A stretch of 58,599 nucleotides of DNA, counting the filler, from Asterionella formosa (Eukaryota): NCBI GenBank assembly GCA_002256025.1. It is 4 parts of 4 records of this genome, joined end to end, with 100 filler letters (N's around TTAATTAATTAA, not from the genome) between each part and the next. Parts side by side here need not be neighbours in the genome. Positions count along the whole stretch, not along the records: positions 1 to 14,588 come from NKIB01005906.1; 3 more parts are not named here. One strand, given 5' to 3'. A program made the translations under genes and the position numbers. A model generated the notes under the pieces. The model was not told where the DNA came from, did no database searches, and saw only the letters and a program-made list of their open reading frames with translations. Positions within the stretch are counted from its first letter, which is position 1; each line of letters begins with the position of its first letter. Shown here one piece after another: positions 1-12,235 of this stretch.

Positions 1-139
1 ACATGAAACCGTTAAAAGTAATCTTTTTTACGTGAAGAGTGGCATTAATGCATGTGAAGTACCACATAATTAACACTCATACGTAGACGAAATTTCGAAA
101 AGTGGCGTATTTCGCGGCTTAGATGTAGGTATTATGTTA

Positions 140-1525
140 ATAATTTGAAACATCAAAACAAGGGCAAATGGCTGAAAAAGGAAAATGAAAATGACTAGGG
201 CAATAGAGGGGTGGCACGAAGCAAAAGTAAGCAATTCTTGCTTACTTTGTCTTATTCTCTCCAAACTCAAAATTTTCTCCTTGTCGGGCCAAGGTGACAA
301 ACCCCCCAAATAATGAACGGTTCTATATATCAATTAGGATTTGAATATTCAAATGCTAGCGTCATCACACAACAAAAACTAGTACCCAGTATGACTAATT
401 ATTATATCATACTACCACTGTATGCATGCTGGCAGGACTCATGCTGCTCAGGGTACCCAAGAAGGTAGCACTCGTAAGTGCTTGTATATAATTATTTAGC
501 TTAGATTATTCGATTCTTTTGTAAATATAATATATATACGGGTATAACACGAATATGGAGTAGCTACTGTGTAATCGCCATGAGCAGCTGGAGAATGCAT
601 GGTGCATCATGTTGTCTCAACCTGGACCAAGACGAAATTAACGAATATCTCAATGAAAAATGAGAACGACGCTTTGCTATCAGGTATATATATTAAGCAA
701 AATGCAGAAAATACAATCGTAAAAGAATAGTTGTAATAACTTTAATATTGAAAACGGAATTGAAATAGCCAATGGCGCATTTTTAATGAAATGTGTAGAT
801 TCACAATTCAAAGCGACGATGTTATTAGCAGATTTGACACTTTCACAGCAGCTGTACAACAACTACAAAGATGACTAAAACAATAACATGATTAATTAAA
901 GCAAAAGATGTGAAACAAGTTATTTATTAGCTTAGATTTGATTGCTTGTATCGACACCACAAATAGGATGCATTGTGACATCGGAATGATGGAAGTGTGA
1001 TGGTGATGAGATTTCAAAATTGTTTGCTTACCAGTAAGTACTGGTATACTATTATCTTCATCAGTCGATGCACAGTCAAAATACCCATTAGTATAGTACA
1101 CATAACATGCGCATGTATGGTACATTCATAGTTTATAATAATTTTATCAGGTAATTGGAATGATGATGCTAGCAGTTACAAATTTCCATTCCCAATGACT
1201 TTGAAACAATTGATTAAGATAGGTTGTTTTCATCATTTTGGCCGGAAAAGGAGAAATATTTTGAGTTTGGAGAGAATAAAGCAAAGTAAGCAAGACTTGC
1301 TTACTTTTGCTTCAGGTCGCCCCTCTCTTGCCCTGGTCAATGTTGTGTTTTGATGTTTCCCTGTTTTGAAGAATAAAATTAGCAGAAAACCTAGCTATGT
1401 CACTAAGTGGTGATCATAGAAACAATTTTAAAGAGTGAATTGATGACATTTTCTATTTTCTATGTATTTAAACACTTGTCCTGCATCACATAATAATCAA
1501 TTTCAGCAAAATGAACTCAACTTGC
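140..1525. mobile_element. Non-autonomous foldback/TIR DNA element with long imperfect inverted arms (about 140-430 vs 1105-1375); left terminus probably outside the window or eroded
   Basis: GAAGCAAAAGTAAGCAAxTCTTGCTTACTTTG..TTATTCTCTCCAAACTCAAAAT at ~218-273 recurs inverted at ~1258-1313. The right end CAGCAAAATGAACTCAACTTGC (1504-1525) resembles the 90-bp MITE terminus. Related copies lie at 15258-15661 and 8620-8995. Confidence 0.7.
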
Positions 1526-2033
1526 AGGTTCCAGTCAACTCTAGTCTACTCCCATCAAGTGTGTGGGAGTACCTATTTATCAATAGACAACTGGTAACAC
1601 TTGCTATATAGCGGTACGCTCAATTACGTATACAATCGATCATACGATACTGATGATCATGGCTGATGATGAGGCAATGCGAAAAATATATCGTCGTAGA
1701 ATCTACGTTTGAAAATAGTCGAGAATCTTATTGTTGATGAAACTGAGAATTTTTCCTTGATATGTAGCTGCTGTGTTACTTCCTGAGAATCTTCTGTGAC
1801 GCCCCAGATTCTGATTGTTTATTACTATCGCAAAGTAGCGATTGTCGCGAGTCTTCATACATTGAATCATAGAAACGAAGGAGAGTGAACAGTTACGGTC
1901 GCTTCTGCTAGCTTCCCCCCATTGACACGCTCAACTCAACCGAGAAGAATTTGCTATCCTTTTGATCCTTGAGTCTACTACTCATTGCAAGATTCATAGT
2001 ACAGCACGGAATCCCAAATTGTCAAGGACGGCT

Positions 2034-2879
2034 ATGCTTCGAATCTCAACACACCTCCCAAAATGGGTCAATCCTCCTCATCGCACGATTTCTAGATCGT
2101 CGCTTCCGTTGTCTTTAGCGAAAAAGACGTTATCAACTGCCGCCGCGCTAGACTTGTCCTATGACGAAGCAGGCGACCACTGGCGATCCTTGACTTTGGC
2201 ACTTGATCAGCTTTCGATTCAACTATCACAGCCATATGCGCGAGAAATGGAAATGGACGAAGCAAGCGAGACTAAGGACGAGTTTGACAAAGTTTTGTTA
2301 TTGATAAACCAAGGACAGGCTGGCATTGACAAGAACGGACAATATGGTTTGACAAGGCAAGGTATTGGCTCGGTTTTGGATTTATCGAGAAAAACGGCCA
2401 TCTTTTGCACCGACGAAACTCAGCTAATCCCTGGTCTAGTGCTGGTGGCACCCACCAAGCCAGCAATGCATACTGCTTTGTTGTCGTTTCCACAGTACTC
2501 TCCTCAAGCTGCGACACGTCGACCCGTCCAATGGATGTGTCGGAGTGATCTTGTAGAACACGCGGAGCAAGAGCAGCTCCGCACCACACTAGAAGTGGAC
2601 ACCTATTTCCCCGGCATGGACCTCTCGGGTCACTACGTGCCTCTAAAAGTTGCAAAGGATGCTCTCTCGATTGAATCCAAGTTGGAATTACTGCAGCAGT
2701 CGGAGAACTTTTTGACGTTTTTGCAGTCGAGAAATGAGCAGGTAGTTGCTGTGTCGAGTCACTGTACGTGGTTGCAAGCGTTTTGTGGGTTTTCATTGAT
2801 GTACGAACCCAGGGCGGCGAGCTTGGAAGGGTTTCGCACTGCCGAAATAAGAGCAGTCGGTATTCGCTTTGGAAAGTAG
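2034..2879 (+). CDS. Histidine phosphatase (PGAM-like) superfamily protein with degenerate active site; possible N-terminal organellar presequence
   Basis: Intact ORF from ATG 2034. Motif order LLLINQGQA (RHG position), GLTRQG, LVLVAPTKPAMHTA (SPLxRAxxTA position), VAVSSH, FRTAEIR. N-terminus is Arg/Ser-rich and acid-poor. Confidence 0.7.
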   Translation: MLRISTHLPKWVNPPHRTISRSSLPLSLAKKTLSTAAALDLSYDEAGDHWRSLTLALDQLSIQLSQPYAREMEMDEASETKDEFDKVLLLINQGQAGIDKNGQYGLTRQGIGSVLDLSRKTAIFCTDETQLIPGLVLVAPTKPAMHTALLSFPQYSPQAATRRPVQWMCRSDLVEHAEQEQLRTTLEVDTYFPGMDLSGHYVPLKVAKDALSIESKLELLQQSENFLTFLQSRNEQVVAVSSHCTWLQAFCGFSLMYEPRAASLEGFRTAEIRAVGIRFGK

Positions 2880-2972
2880 TGATATACTAGCTTGTCATAT
2901 ATTGTACATAGATTCATCATATTTCTTGTTATTCATGTTAGATTTAGATGCCAAATGTCGATCAGCTACTTC

Positions 2973-3502
2973 TCATCGAATTGATTTGAAGTCGACAAAC
3001 ATAGGCTTGTTCATGGAATGGGTCAATTGAGGCAGGGAGCTGGAGATTCCAGAAATTTTCTGGGCCTTGACTTTTCTGGTGACAGCGGCGACCTTGGGGA
3101 GATTTCCTGGAGCTACAGTAGAGAGAGAGAATCAAGTGTTGGAAAGTAATCAAACCAAGACCGAAGCTGGAAAGCAGTCCAAAATCTTGACTTACCGCTT
3201 CCGAAAAGGGAGTAGGCCTTCATAGACGCATCTTGAATTCTACGTACGGCAGCGCGAAAGAAACTGGTTAGCATGAAGTCAAGGAAATATCACTATTACC
3301 TGCTGTAGTTTAGTAAAATACGATCCCTAGTATGTTAACCAATGGAATACGGAATCCAAGTGATAACGACACTGCAATCTGTGCCAACATACACTTCAGA
3401 TAAGCGCTTCCCCCTCGTTGGCACCTTTTCTTCTCAAAAATCACTTCTAACATACCCCGTGTAGACAGATTTGTTGGTGAGGACTCGAGGAATGGCTGGC
3501 AT
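2973..3502 (-). CDS. Predicted small 3-exon protein, 76 aa (exons 3502-3456, 3239-3196, 3112-2973), function unknown
   Basis: gccATG start; donors GTATGT (3455) and GTAAGT (3195); branch GCTAAC before the CGTAG acceptor (3240); polypyrimidine tract plus TGTAG acceptor (3113). Exons join in frame: MPAIPRVLTNKSVYTGIQDASMKAYSLFGSAPGNLPKV...FVDFKSIR*. Confidence 0.55.
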
Positions 3503-3934
3503 GGCAATTTCGTTGTGAAACAAGTCAAGAAACACAGCAATGTTATGTTGACGATATGATCAACATATCATGTGACCATATTTTCACACGGTAAACAGCT
3601 GTACATACCGTTTCGGTATTTGTGTCACACACGCACAGACAAGAATATTGAGAGACTCCAGAGCGAATTTGTGTCCCACAGTCTGTGCCTGATGCGAGGT
3701 CCGAAATCTTTAAAAAAACGAGATCAATATCGCCTGATCAGCAGTATGCATTGTGGCTGAATCCAACCTTTTTAGCTAGTAGGATGGTATGCACGACGGT
3801 GCATCCGTGCTTTACCGGTATGTCGATCACGTGGACATCAAGCAATTGACCGGTATGTCGATAGAAATAGCCACCATGGTGTGGAAAGTGTTACGGTCGC
3901 TTCCTTCTGTTTAATTTTATGGTGACACCTCACG

Positions 3935-4660
3935 ATGGGGAGAGCAACGACATATTCCCTCCTGTTGTTTCTTTTGAAAGGATCTGATAGTTTCTTGTTG
4001 GTTCCGAGATCGACGATGGTAACTTCAATGCGGCTTCGTGCCATTGAGGTAAAACCTGACAAGTCGGTTGGCGATTCCCACATGGCAGCAATCGAGCGTG
4101 AGGTCTTGGAATCCACCCGAGCCAAATTGGATCTGCAAAGAGTGACAAGGACATTATTAGATGATGATCCCGAGTCGTCACAGCCGCTTGTGAGAGGATG
4201 GCAGGTTGCTGTTGCCGCAGGCAGTGCTGGTGGCATAACAACATTCGTCCTATTCCACAATCTGCTACTCTCAGGCATCGTATGTGTGTCAATATTTTTT
4301 GCTGCGAATGGGGATCCGATGGAAGAAGATTCTGCTGCTGGTGCACTGGCACGGATAGTTGGTCGAGTAACACTACAATCAGTTCAAGCCTCACAACCGA
4401 AGGTTCGGGCAATGGCAAGGGCCGCGTTAAGAGGCGAAGACGAAGTGACAGAGTTGAGGGCAAGGGCATCAAAGCTGGAACAGGAAATTTCTGATTTGAG
4501 GCTATGGAAGGAACGGAGGTTGGCAGTTGATGAAGCCCTTCCCGACTTCTCGCTTGACGATCTAAAGGACAAAGCGCGGCAGAACGGCTTATTGGTTGGA
4601 GGAACGAAAGCCCAGCTGCTAATGCGTTTAGTCGAGGCTGACTTGATCCGACTTTCCTGA
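3935..4660 (+). CDS. Probable plastid-targeted membrane protein with C-terminal SAP domain
   Basis: Signal peptide ending SDS-F followed by a transit-like segment; two hydrophobic helices; coiled coil; SAP-like LDDLKDKARQNGLLVGGTKAQLLMRL. Confidence 0.75.
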   Translation: MGRATTYSLLLFLLKGSDSFLLVPRSTMVTSMRLRAIEVKPDKSVGDSHMAAIEREVLESTRAKLDLQRVTRTLLDDDPESSQPLVRGWQVAVAAGSAGGITTFVLFHNLLLSGIVCVSIFFAANGDPMEEDSAAGALARIVGRVTLQSVQASQPKVRAMARAALRGEDEVTELRARASKLEQEISDLRLWKERRLAVDEALPDFSLDDLKDKARQNGLLVGGTKAQLLMRLVEADLIRLS

Positions 4661-4783
4661 AAAAAATCTCCTTCGCGCGGTTAGGAAAGCAACATTGCTA
4701 GCTAATGGAATTGATTAGTAGAAAAAAATGTTCTCTTAATGTACACGAAATTCGCTCCAGTTTGTTTTCAACTTTTGGGTCGT

Positions 4784-7639
4784 TTACAGGGGTTCTGGTG
4801 ACGTCCTGTATTCAAGCCCAGCTACTAATCGAGGACCTCCAGCCTGTGCCGACCAAAGATCCATTCGTGCACCGCTGAGAACCTCATCGGCCAATGTGAG
4901 CACTATCCTTGCAATGAGGTTTGCAACCTGCGCTCGAAGCATACCGCTTCCGAGTGCACGCTCGTGCCACTTGTCCAGGAAAGAGAGCCCTGCACTGATA
5001 TCTTCGGCAGTTGCTCGAACCGCAGCTTCGAATTCCTCAGGTCGCGCACGTCGATGATTAAAGCCATTACCAGCCATACCAATGTGTCTGATCATATCAC
5101 TTTCGGTAATAGGCTTAAAGTTGAATGACAGTTGATGACCAAGGATCTGGAGCTGAATACCGTCACAAAAGTCAGAGACTACAGCCGCAATAAGTGTAAT
5201 GACATTACCAAGAAGCGCCCTCTGCCAGGCAAGCGGGAAGAGTTTCAAGAGTGGAGCCGAGATTTGACAGTGCGACATGAGAGTTTCAACAATAGCACCT
5301 CGTTGAATGAAGGCTTCATCTGAAAGATTGCTCTTGCTTCCCTTATATGCCTTTTTCTTTCGCTTTCGACTTCCCTCGCGCATGGCGCCCACGATTGCTT
5401 TATGTGCATAGTCTTTGTCCATAATGACATCTCGTGTCAACGGAGGCAGATCGGGCGAATTCTCGATGAATACCCTTATATCAGAGTGTGCCAGAATGTT
5501 GACACCATGGATAGCAGAGATAGTTCTTGCAAGGGAAGCCATCAATGCAGCACAAATTGACTTGTAAGCTGCAGTTTCTACTGCCTCGCCAATCTTCTCG
5601 CCAAGACTGGAACCTTGACCCAATGTCTGTCGAAGCAGCCAGCTTCCACCACCGCCATTTCCTCGTCGAAGTTCTGATGCCGAAGATTTACGTCTACGTG
5701 GTAGCTCATAATCTTCTTCCAGCTCTCGATAGAGTTTTCGCGCTCCCGCAGATGGTGTGAACAAATCGTCGCCAATGGATTCGTCCTCGTCGTCTTCATC
5801 GCCGGCTCCACTCTTCCAAATGTATGTGTGATTCATTCGTAAGAGTCTCCCATGATCAAATAGCTCGTTGAGATACTCATCGACAAGCTCGTCGGTTGGA
5901 AAACTAAACGTTCGCGTGTAATGGGTTTCAATCACTCCGCCTTTTTCCTCCTCGACTGTTGAGTAGTTGTATAAGGGATTGGGACGTCGTTGTATGGCAT
6001 CCTTCTCGCATTGCAGTTCAAGGAGTTTCCTCTGGCCCTCAGTAATGGCTCGATCAATCTCGAGGACCCTATCTTTGCGCATTTGCTCTTTTCTTTCGTC
6101 TTCACGAGACCGAAGCTGAGCAGCCTCTATTTCTTTTATCGACTTTTGTGTCTCAATTTCTTCACGGAGATATAGTTCGCTCTCTCTCTCACGTCGTCGG
6201 AATCTCTGAAAGGGTCCTCTGCGTCGTCCTTCAAACTCAGCGTCTTCTTTCGCAGCCATACGCTCCACTCCCGCACGAGCTCTGTCAATAGCGGCAATCC
6301 GTCTTCGAATCACTTCAAGATCTTCTGAATCTAGCGGTTCTGCCTCTTCTACCTCCTGTGACTTGATTCTAGCGTAAGGTTTTTTGCTCAGAGCTCCGTG
6401 CATTCCTGTCATTTTCGCTGCTACTTTTCGAATTGGCCTGAGCTGCCGAGACATCCTTAGGTTTTTCTTGTTTGCCGCTAACCCTAGAGTCAGAATCTTG
6501 TCAATGGTCTCCCACTATGATTTAGGACCGAGCAAACATGAGTTGATCTGTCTAAATTGCCAATTTAGTGTAAACTGCATCAAACTTACATAACCGGATG
6601 AAATGAAGTGGCTTTCAGATCCGAATTGATCATCCGGGGTGCTCCCGGGCAAAGGCTCCAAAGCTTCTATTGAAGTACTCGGTGTTTCCGAAAATAGTTC
6701 AATTACGTCTGCTTGACCCACTGCGGAATCGTCACTGGGCTTTGCGGTTGCTTCGACGTTGTTGTTAATGGTTATTATCTGCCCTTCTGACGCCACAAAC
6801 TCCATTTCTTCATCAGTGTTTAGAACTTTTTCTTCCCTGCCTCTAACTACAGCGGCAGACTCTATATCAACATCATTATCATCCAGTTTTCTTGCAGTTG
6901 ACAATTCCTGTTCATCAACTGCTACTGCTATAGTTGGCATGACGCTTCTATCATCTCTGTCGTGACCTCGCTGTTCTCCAATATCGTCATTCCTTTTGTC
7001 TTCGTGCACTTCTATTATCGCCGGTATATCGTTGGATTCTTTGGCCACTAACTTAAGTGTTAAACCATCTTCTGGTTCTTCTTCGGGTGATTCAGTTTGA
7101 AGCTTCTCGAACTCCAATTGACTCTCGCTACAGTCATCGTTTTCAAGTTCTTGCTCGTTCCCTAAATCTGTCATTTCTCGTAGATTAACCCACCAGAGCT
7201 TCTTAATTGACGACATCGCACTGGCATGTGCGTCGTTCGTTCTGGCATGTCCTGCCACGAGCCCCGATTGGCTCGGCTCGATTGTGTCCTCCATTTGTGG
7301 CTTAAGAAACTGGTTTTCTCTGAGTTTCTCTTTCCATGATTTCTTAACAATCAATGCCCCTCCTCTTCCATCTCCGTTGGCTAAATAGAGGGGGTTGTGA
7401 ACAAAGTCTTTCTTTCCAATATTTTCCGTTGTTGTTGCATTCTCCGTGTCCACTGGATTTCTAAAAATAGACCAAAATGGCATATGCTCACCGCCTCGAG
7501 GAATGTTACCAATCTGGGCAACATAATTTTCAACTGCCAAGAAAGCCCGATATTCTCGAGATGCAGGACAGGATTGCGCCCATAGAATCATTAGAGCCAG
7601 CCCTGCTGAGCCACAGAATTGATGTGTAGATCGACGCAT
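4784..7639 (-). CDS. Large protein of unknown function, 2 exons (7639-6590, 6514-4784): signal peptide plus RGG motif, acidic disordered region, coiled coil, helical C-terminal domain
   Basis: A 75-nt intron (6515-6589, GTAAGT...CATAG) joins the two long ORFs in frame (...SSGY/WETIDKILTLG...MSRQ). Confidence 0.8.
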
Positions 7640-7888
7640 GAAGGCAGTGTTCGGCAAGTCAACCAATGCTTTTTATCTTTCATCCACAAACGTTTCGGTG
7701 CCGAAAAGGTTGCTGAGCGTCGTTATGAGAACTTGCTTTGGAGCACCAGATTTTCAAAACTGTTAACAACAACGCAGCTCTTACTCCGGAGTACCTTTAC
7801 CTATACATAGTGGTAGCTAGTGTATTCTAAGCTACAACAATGCATACGGGTCGTTGGTACATCTTGGGTACTCCAGGTAGACCGACGA

Positions 7889-7978
7889 GCAAGTTGCTCT
7901 AATTGTGATGAAACTAAAACTTTAGCTAATTTTATCCCATATTAAATTGTTTATTTAAGCAAAATGACCGCAACTTGC
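7889..7978. mobile_element. 90-bp MITE, copy 1
   Basis: Termini GCAAGTTGC...GCAACTTGC; colinear, same-length copy at 48659-48748. Confidence 0.75.
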
Positions 7979-8040
7979 CATTATGTACCTGGTACCAGGG
8001 AACCCGGTGCCTGGTACTTCGACCTGGAAGGTCCGGCAGC

Positions 8041-8125
8041 GCACATTTTATGCGCACCTTTCCAGTGTCGACCCACTCCCAATGATTCATCTCATGCCTG
8101 CCAGACAGATAGGCCAGCTTTCGAT
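8041..8125 (+). repeat. Short dispersed repeat, second copy at 54665-54735
   Basis: GCACATTTTATGCGCACCTTTCCAGTGTCGAC vs GCACGTTTTCTGCGCACCTTTTCAGTTTCGAC, both followed by CCTGCC..AGAT...GCTTTC. Confidence 0.6.
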
Positions 8126-8304
8126 GGAAATAATAATCCTTAAGTAATTAGGAACATGTTACTCTTATTGACTGATGACGATTTGCAGAATCAGTCTCTG
8201 AACACAACTCGGATTTGCTGATTGATGAACCTGTTCAACAAACTATCTTCTAGCTTTGGAATACAAATAGGAATCATGTTTTCTACATTTACAACTTGCT
8301 TACA

Positions 8305-8378
8305 ATGACTAGAATTTGCTGACTACGACTAGAAGTTGCTGACAATGATTAGAGTTTGCTGACAATGAGCGACTAGAA
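8305..8378 (+). repeat. Degenerate ~20-bp tandem repeat (ATGACTAGAAKTTGCTGACA); about two more units at 9126-9163
   Basis: About 3.5 consecutive units are visible. Confidence 0.7.
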
Positions 8379-8619
8379 CATGTGGATACAAATAGATTTT
8401 CTAACTGATCCTTATGCCAATGAAGTATACTATAGTACATGAACAGACACAACCAATACCCCCTGATAGCCTTGCCAATACTATGAACATATGTAATGTT
8501 ATATCTATATACATGGTCACAGTCATTATCACGCCTGATGCAATAACCTACTACCGGGGTATCACTAAATTTGCAATATCATACACATCACATGCATATC
8601 ACATGATATAAAATGGCTG

Positions 8620-8995
8620 CCGGTATGCACATAGGATACATGCTCAGGGGACTTGATGTAGCCCTTGCTGAAGCTAGTATATAATTATTTAGCTTAGATG
8701 TTGCGATTTGTCTCTATTTATAAAATGCTACAGTGTAGTTCTTGTGAGTGGCTGGCTGGAGAATCAGCTAATTTCTCCACGAAAAATGAGAATGGTGCTT
8801 TGCTATAGGGTACATATATCTAACACGTCATAGATAATACAATCATAAAAAATAACTGTAATAAGACTAATATTGACAACGAAAATTGAAGTCGCCTATG
8901 GCGCATTTCTTCATGTACTTTAGATGGCCAATGCACAATTCAAACGACGAAGTTACGACAAGATTTAACACTTTCACAGTATACAACACTCTACA
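8620..8995 (+). repeat. Diverged copy of the internal segment (~420-865) of the TIR element at 140-1525
   Basis: Shared blocks in the same order: TATAATTATTT(T)AGCTTAGAT, AAAAATGAGAA..GCTTTGCTAT, ATGGCGCATTT, CACAATTCAAA, ACACTTTCACAG. Confidence 0.7.
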
Positions 8996-9418
8996 CTACG
9001 GCAATCATCTGTAGGCCGAACCAAATTTCGTTTGATTCTTTATATAACCATATCAATTAATAGTCCATTGACATTTTCAAAATGACTCCTTTGTTTATGA
9101 TTACTGATCCAGTTGGTGACTACATATGACTAGATGTTGCTGACAACAACTAGAAGTTACTGATTGGTGAATTCCATTAGGATACCGTCTTCCAGTTGCT
9201 GAATATCATTACCAGTAGTAGTAGGTAAACACGATTTCGATGATCAGAGCACAACTTGGATTTAAAGATGATAATTTAACATTATAGTAATTTCTTTAAA
9301 GGAGTTCGTAGAAAAGGCCAATTTTGTCGAATTTTTGGACAACGATAGCTCAACGTTGGCTGGGTCTGAAGCCGATTTAGATACATAGGTAACCTTAAAA
9401 TAGCATCAATATATAACT

Positions 9419-9548
9419 TCTGGCGAGAAACTGCAGAAAGGAACTTCGGTTGTTTTTACTTCGCCAAATAAAGTGATTTCCCCCGAAATTTCTAGTCTTT
9501 ATAGAATAGTTTAAAAACCGAAGTTCCTTTCTGCAGTTTCTCGCCAGA
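9419..9548. repeat. Perfect 33-bp inverted repeat with 64-nt spacer, inside a weaker foldback
   Basis: TCTGGCGAGAAACTGCAGAAAGGAACTTCGGTT (9419-9451) is the exact reverse complement of 9516-9548. Confidence 0.9.
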
Positions 9549-10213
9549 TCCTATATCCTGACGATATATAGCGTTGCCCTATACCCCTACTTTGGTCAAT
9601 GACTCTATCTAAGCATATGGAAAGGGTGTCTTTTGGTGAAAGCTCCGTTTAGCGATACACATTTATGCTTTAGTCGTACGAAGTGTGTGTTTGAGTTCTC
9701 TGACTCAATATTATATTTTTAACCCTACCTCTAAACTAGGGTTGAAATGCAGGAACCTTAAGCTAAATTCCCGCCCCCCTCTGGTTTCTCGATTGCCGGA
9801 CCCTCCTGGTACCAGGTACCGAGAATCGTACTCGGTAGGCTCTGTAGAGCAGAGCACAAGGCCTAGCTACCGGTAAGTGCCGACAAGCACACTCTGTAGT
9901 ACAAGCTGACAATTAGTCGTGTGCAACATCTCAACCCTGCAAGGAGCAAAGCGGTTCTTGCGATGGATGAAGAAGGACAAGCCAAGAGGCAGGAGGGTGT
10001 TACATACACAAAGTCTTCTCAGATGCCACAGTCATCTCATTGTCTTAAGTACTAGACAAGGTGAGTAGTAGCATATCATTGTTGGATAGAAGAAAGCCAA
10101 TTGAATGAAAATCCATTTGATTGAAGAGTAGGAAGGAAGGAAAGTACAAATAATATAGATTCGTTAAAATGTATAATTTAAATACCATTGCATGTATTAA
10201 TTGCTCTTTTCAC

Positions 10214-10243
10214 TTGTTGTTGTTGTTGTTGCTTGTTGTTGCT
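10214..10243 (+). repeat. Imperfect (TTG)n microsatellite
   Basis: ttgttgttgttgttgttgcttgttgttgc. Confidence 0.8.
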
Positions 10244-10494
10244 TCAGCAACGACGACGTCGACAGCTTAAACAATCACAAGGAACATGGAAAAATTCTAC
10301 ATAGCTATTGAAGTGTTGACTAGACATATCATAGGTACTACACATGTTGAGGATTTCAATAGCAGATAATAATTTGTGGAATATGCAAATTATACTGTGG
10401 TTTGAGACGTTCCTATTTGTTGAGTGAACAGCGTGGGACATGAAACATCCAGTGCTCCATACATCTAAATGTACGCAACAAAGTTCGAGCTGCA

Positions 10495-11927
10495 CTATCC
10501 TCGCAACTTGGTGTGCTTCACCTTCTTGGCTTCGAATTTCTTTTTGTGGTACTTGTCAGCAAACCCCTGAACCAATGATTGATAATTCTTATCTTGCCGT
10601 TGCTGTGAATTAGTCTTTGTGACAATCTGCACTACGTCTTCATCGTCTAGTTGATGCTCCACTCCACATCGTTGAGGAGAGTGCTTGGCGCTTGTACCCC
10701 AGACAAGGGCAAAATTGAAGTCACGAAGCATTTGGGATGACACATTGGCACATAGGGACCTGATCTTGGTTCCTTTACGGATCTTGGACAAGACGACAGG
10801 ATCTTCCAAGTCTGGTGGTTGACCTGCAGTGGGGAGAATGATTCGATACGTCAGTGAGATACAACATTCCATGAGTTTTGAGAAATCCAAATGGAAATTT
10901 TCAGACAATGCATACCTCGTCGTTTGGTGTAAATTCTCGTCAAACCCAAGTATTCCCACATCTTGGCCTTTAGCAAATCATCTTCATCTGGCTTTCCGAT
11001 ATTGTACTCTTCGCTCACACTTCCCACCAAAGAATGGGGTTGACGTGCCAAATTATCAATCTCTTCTATAGTTACTGTATCAATCTTGTTGTAGAGATAC
11101 AAGCATGGTTTGTATTGTCGATTGCCCTGAATTACATCTACCAATTGATCCACAGTGATATCTTCTCTGGTCAATATGTCAGCATTTGTAATTTTATACT
11201 CCCTCATGATGTTCATTGCCACTTTTTCCGGTTCTGGCCCCAAATTAGTCAGTTGAACGGTGGACGAAAACTTGACTCCACCAGTTTTCTTTTTCGAAAA
11301 CGTCACATCAGGAGGTCTCTGATTTAATCGGATCCCTACCGTTTCTAGTTCCTTTTCCAAAATCTCACGATGCCTGTTCAGTCCTTCCTTTCCTGCATCC
11401 AATACGATTAAGATCGCATCTGCATTGCGAGCAACAGCTATAACTTCCCGACCTCGGCCCTTACCGTGAGCAGCACCCTCGATAATTCCTGGCAGATCCA
11501 AGATTTGGACCTTCGACCCCTTGTACTTCATAGTACCAGGAATACACGTGAGAGTTGTGAATTCGTAGTCAGCCTGTGTTTGTGCATTTGTGAGAAAAAA
11601 GGAACATCGACATGGTCACATGCCAAAAGTGCAGTTAAGCAAACCACTCACAGCCTCTGACTGCGACCCTGTCAATTGGTTCAACAAGGACGACTTCCCC
11701 ACTGACGGAAAGCCAATCAACGCCACTCGCGCATCCCCCAATCTCGCAACATCGAATCCCTCTCCGGCCCCAGCGCCTCCACTTCCGCCGCTCTGCTCCA
11801 CTAGCAAGTCGTTTCGAAGCTTGGCTAATTTGGCCTTAAGTGTTCCTAAATGGTAGTTGGTGGCCTTGTTCTTTTGGGTCCGGGCCATTTCATCTTCGAT
11901 TTCCTTGATGCGTTCTAGAATACCCAT
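10495..11927 (-). CDS. DRG2: Developmentally regulated GTP-binding protein (DRG2/Rbg2-like), 3 exons (11927-11652, 11573-10916, 10823-10495)
   Basis: [24 protein letters not shown]-terminus, [22 protein letters not shown]-terminal TGS domain. GT-AG introns 11574-11651 and 10824-10915 keep the frame. Confidence 0.93.
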
Positions 11928-12235
11928 TTTGAATTTCCCTTGTTGTAGAAAGACGAAGAATTATCGATAGTAGTCAACGATAGACTGTGCTACTCTGATA
12001 AAGCAAATAGAATACAATGATCTACAAATAATTGTGATGGAATGAAAGGGAATCATGCATCTAGGCAACTACTGGTACCCAGTACCCTTTACCCTGGGGT
12101 ACCATTTCTAAAAATAAAACAACTACCTACCGGTACATACAGTTATCAGCCAGCATGGCTGATCAAAACTTTATGATGAGGTTGTGATGATGGGCGGAGG
12201 ACGAGACAAGAAAAACGAAGCTGGCTGTGGGTGCA

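Noticed and set aside
8305..8378. CRISPR-like repeats
   Set aside because: The units are contiguous with no spacers, there are no cas genes and the context is eukaryotic.
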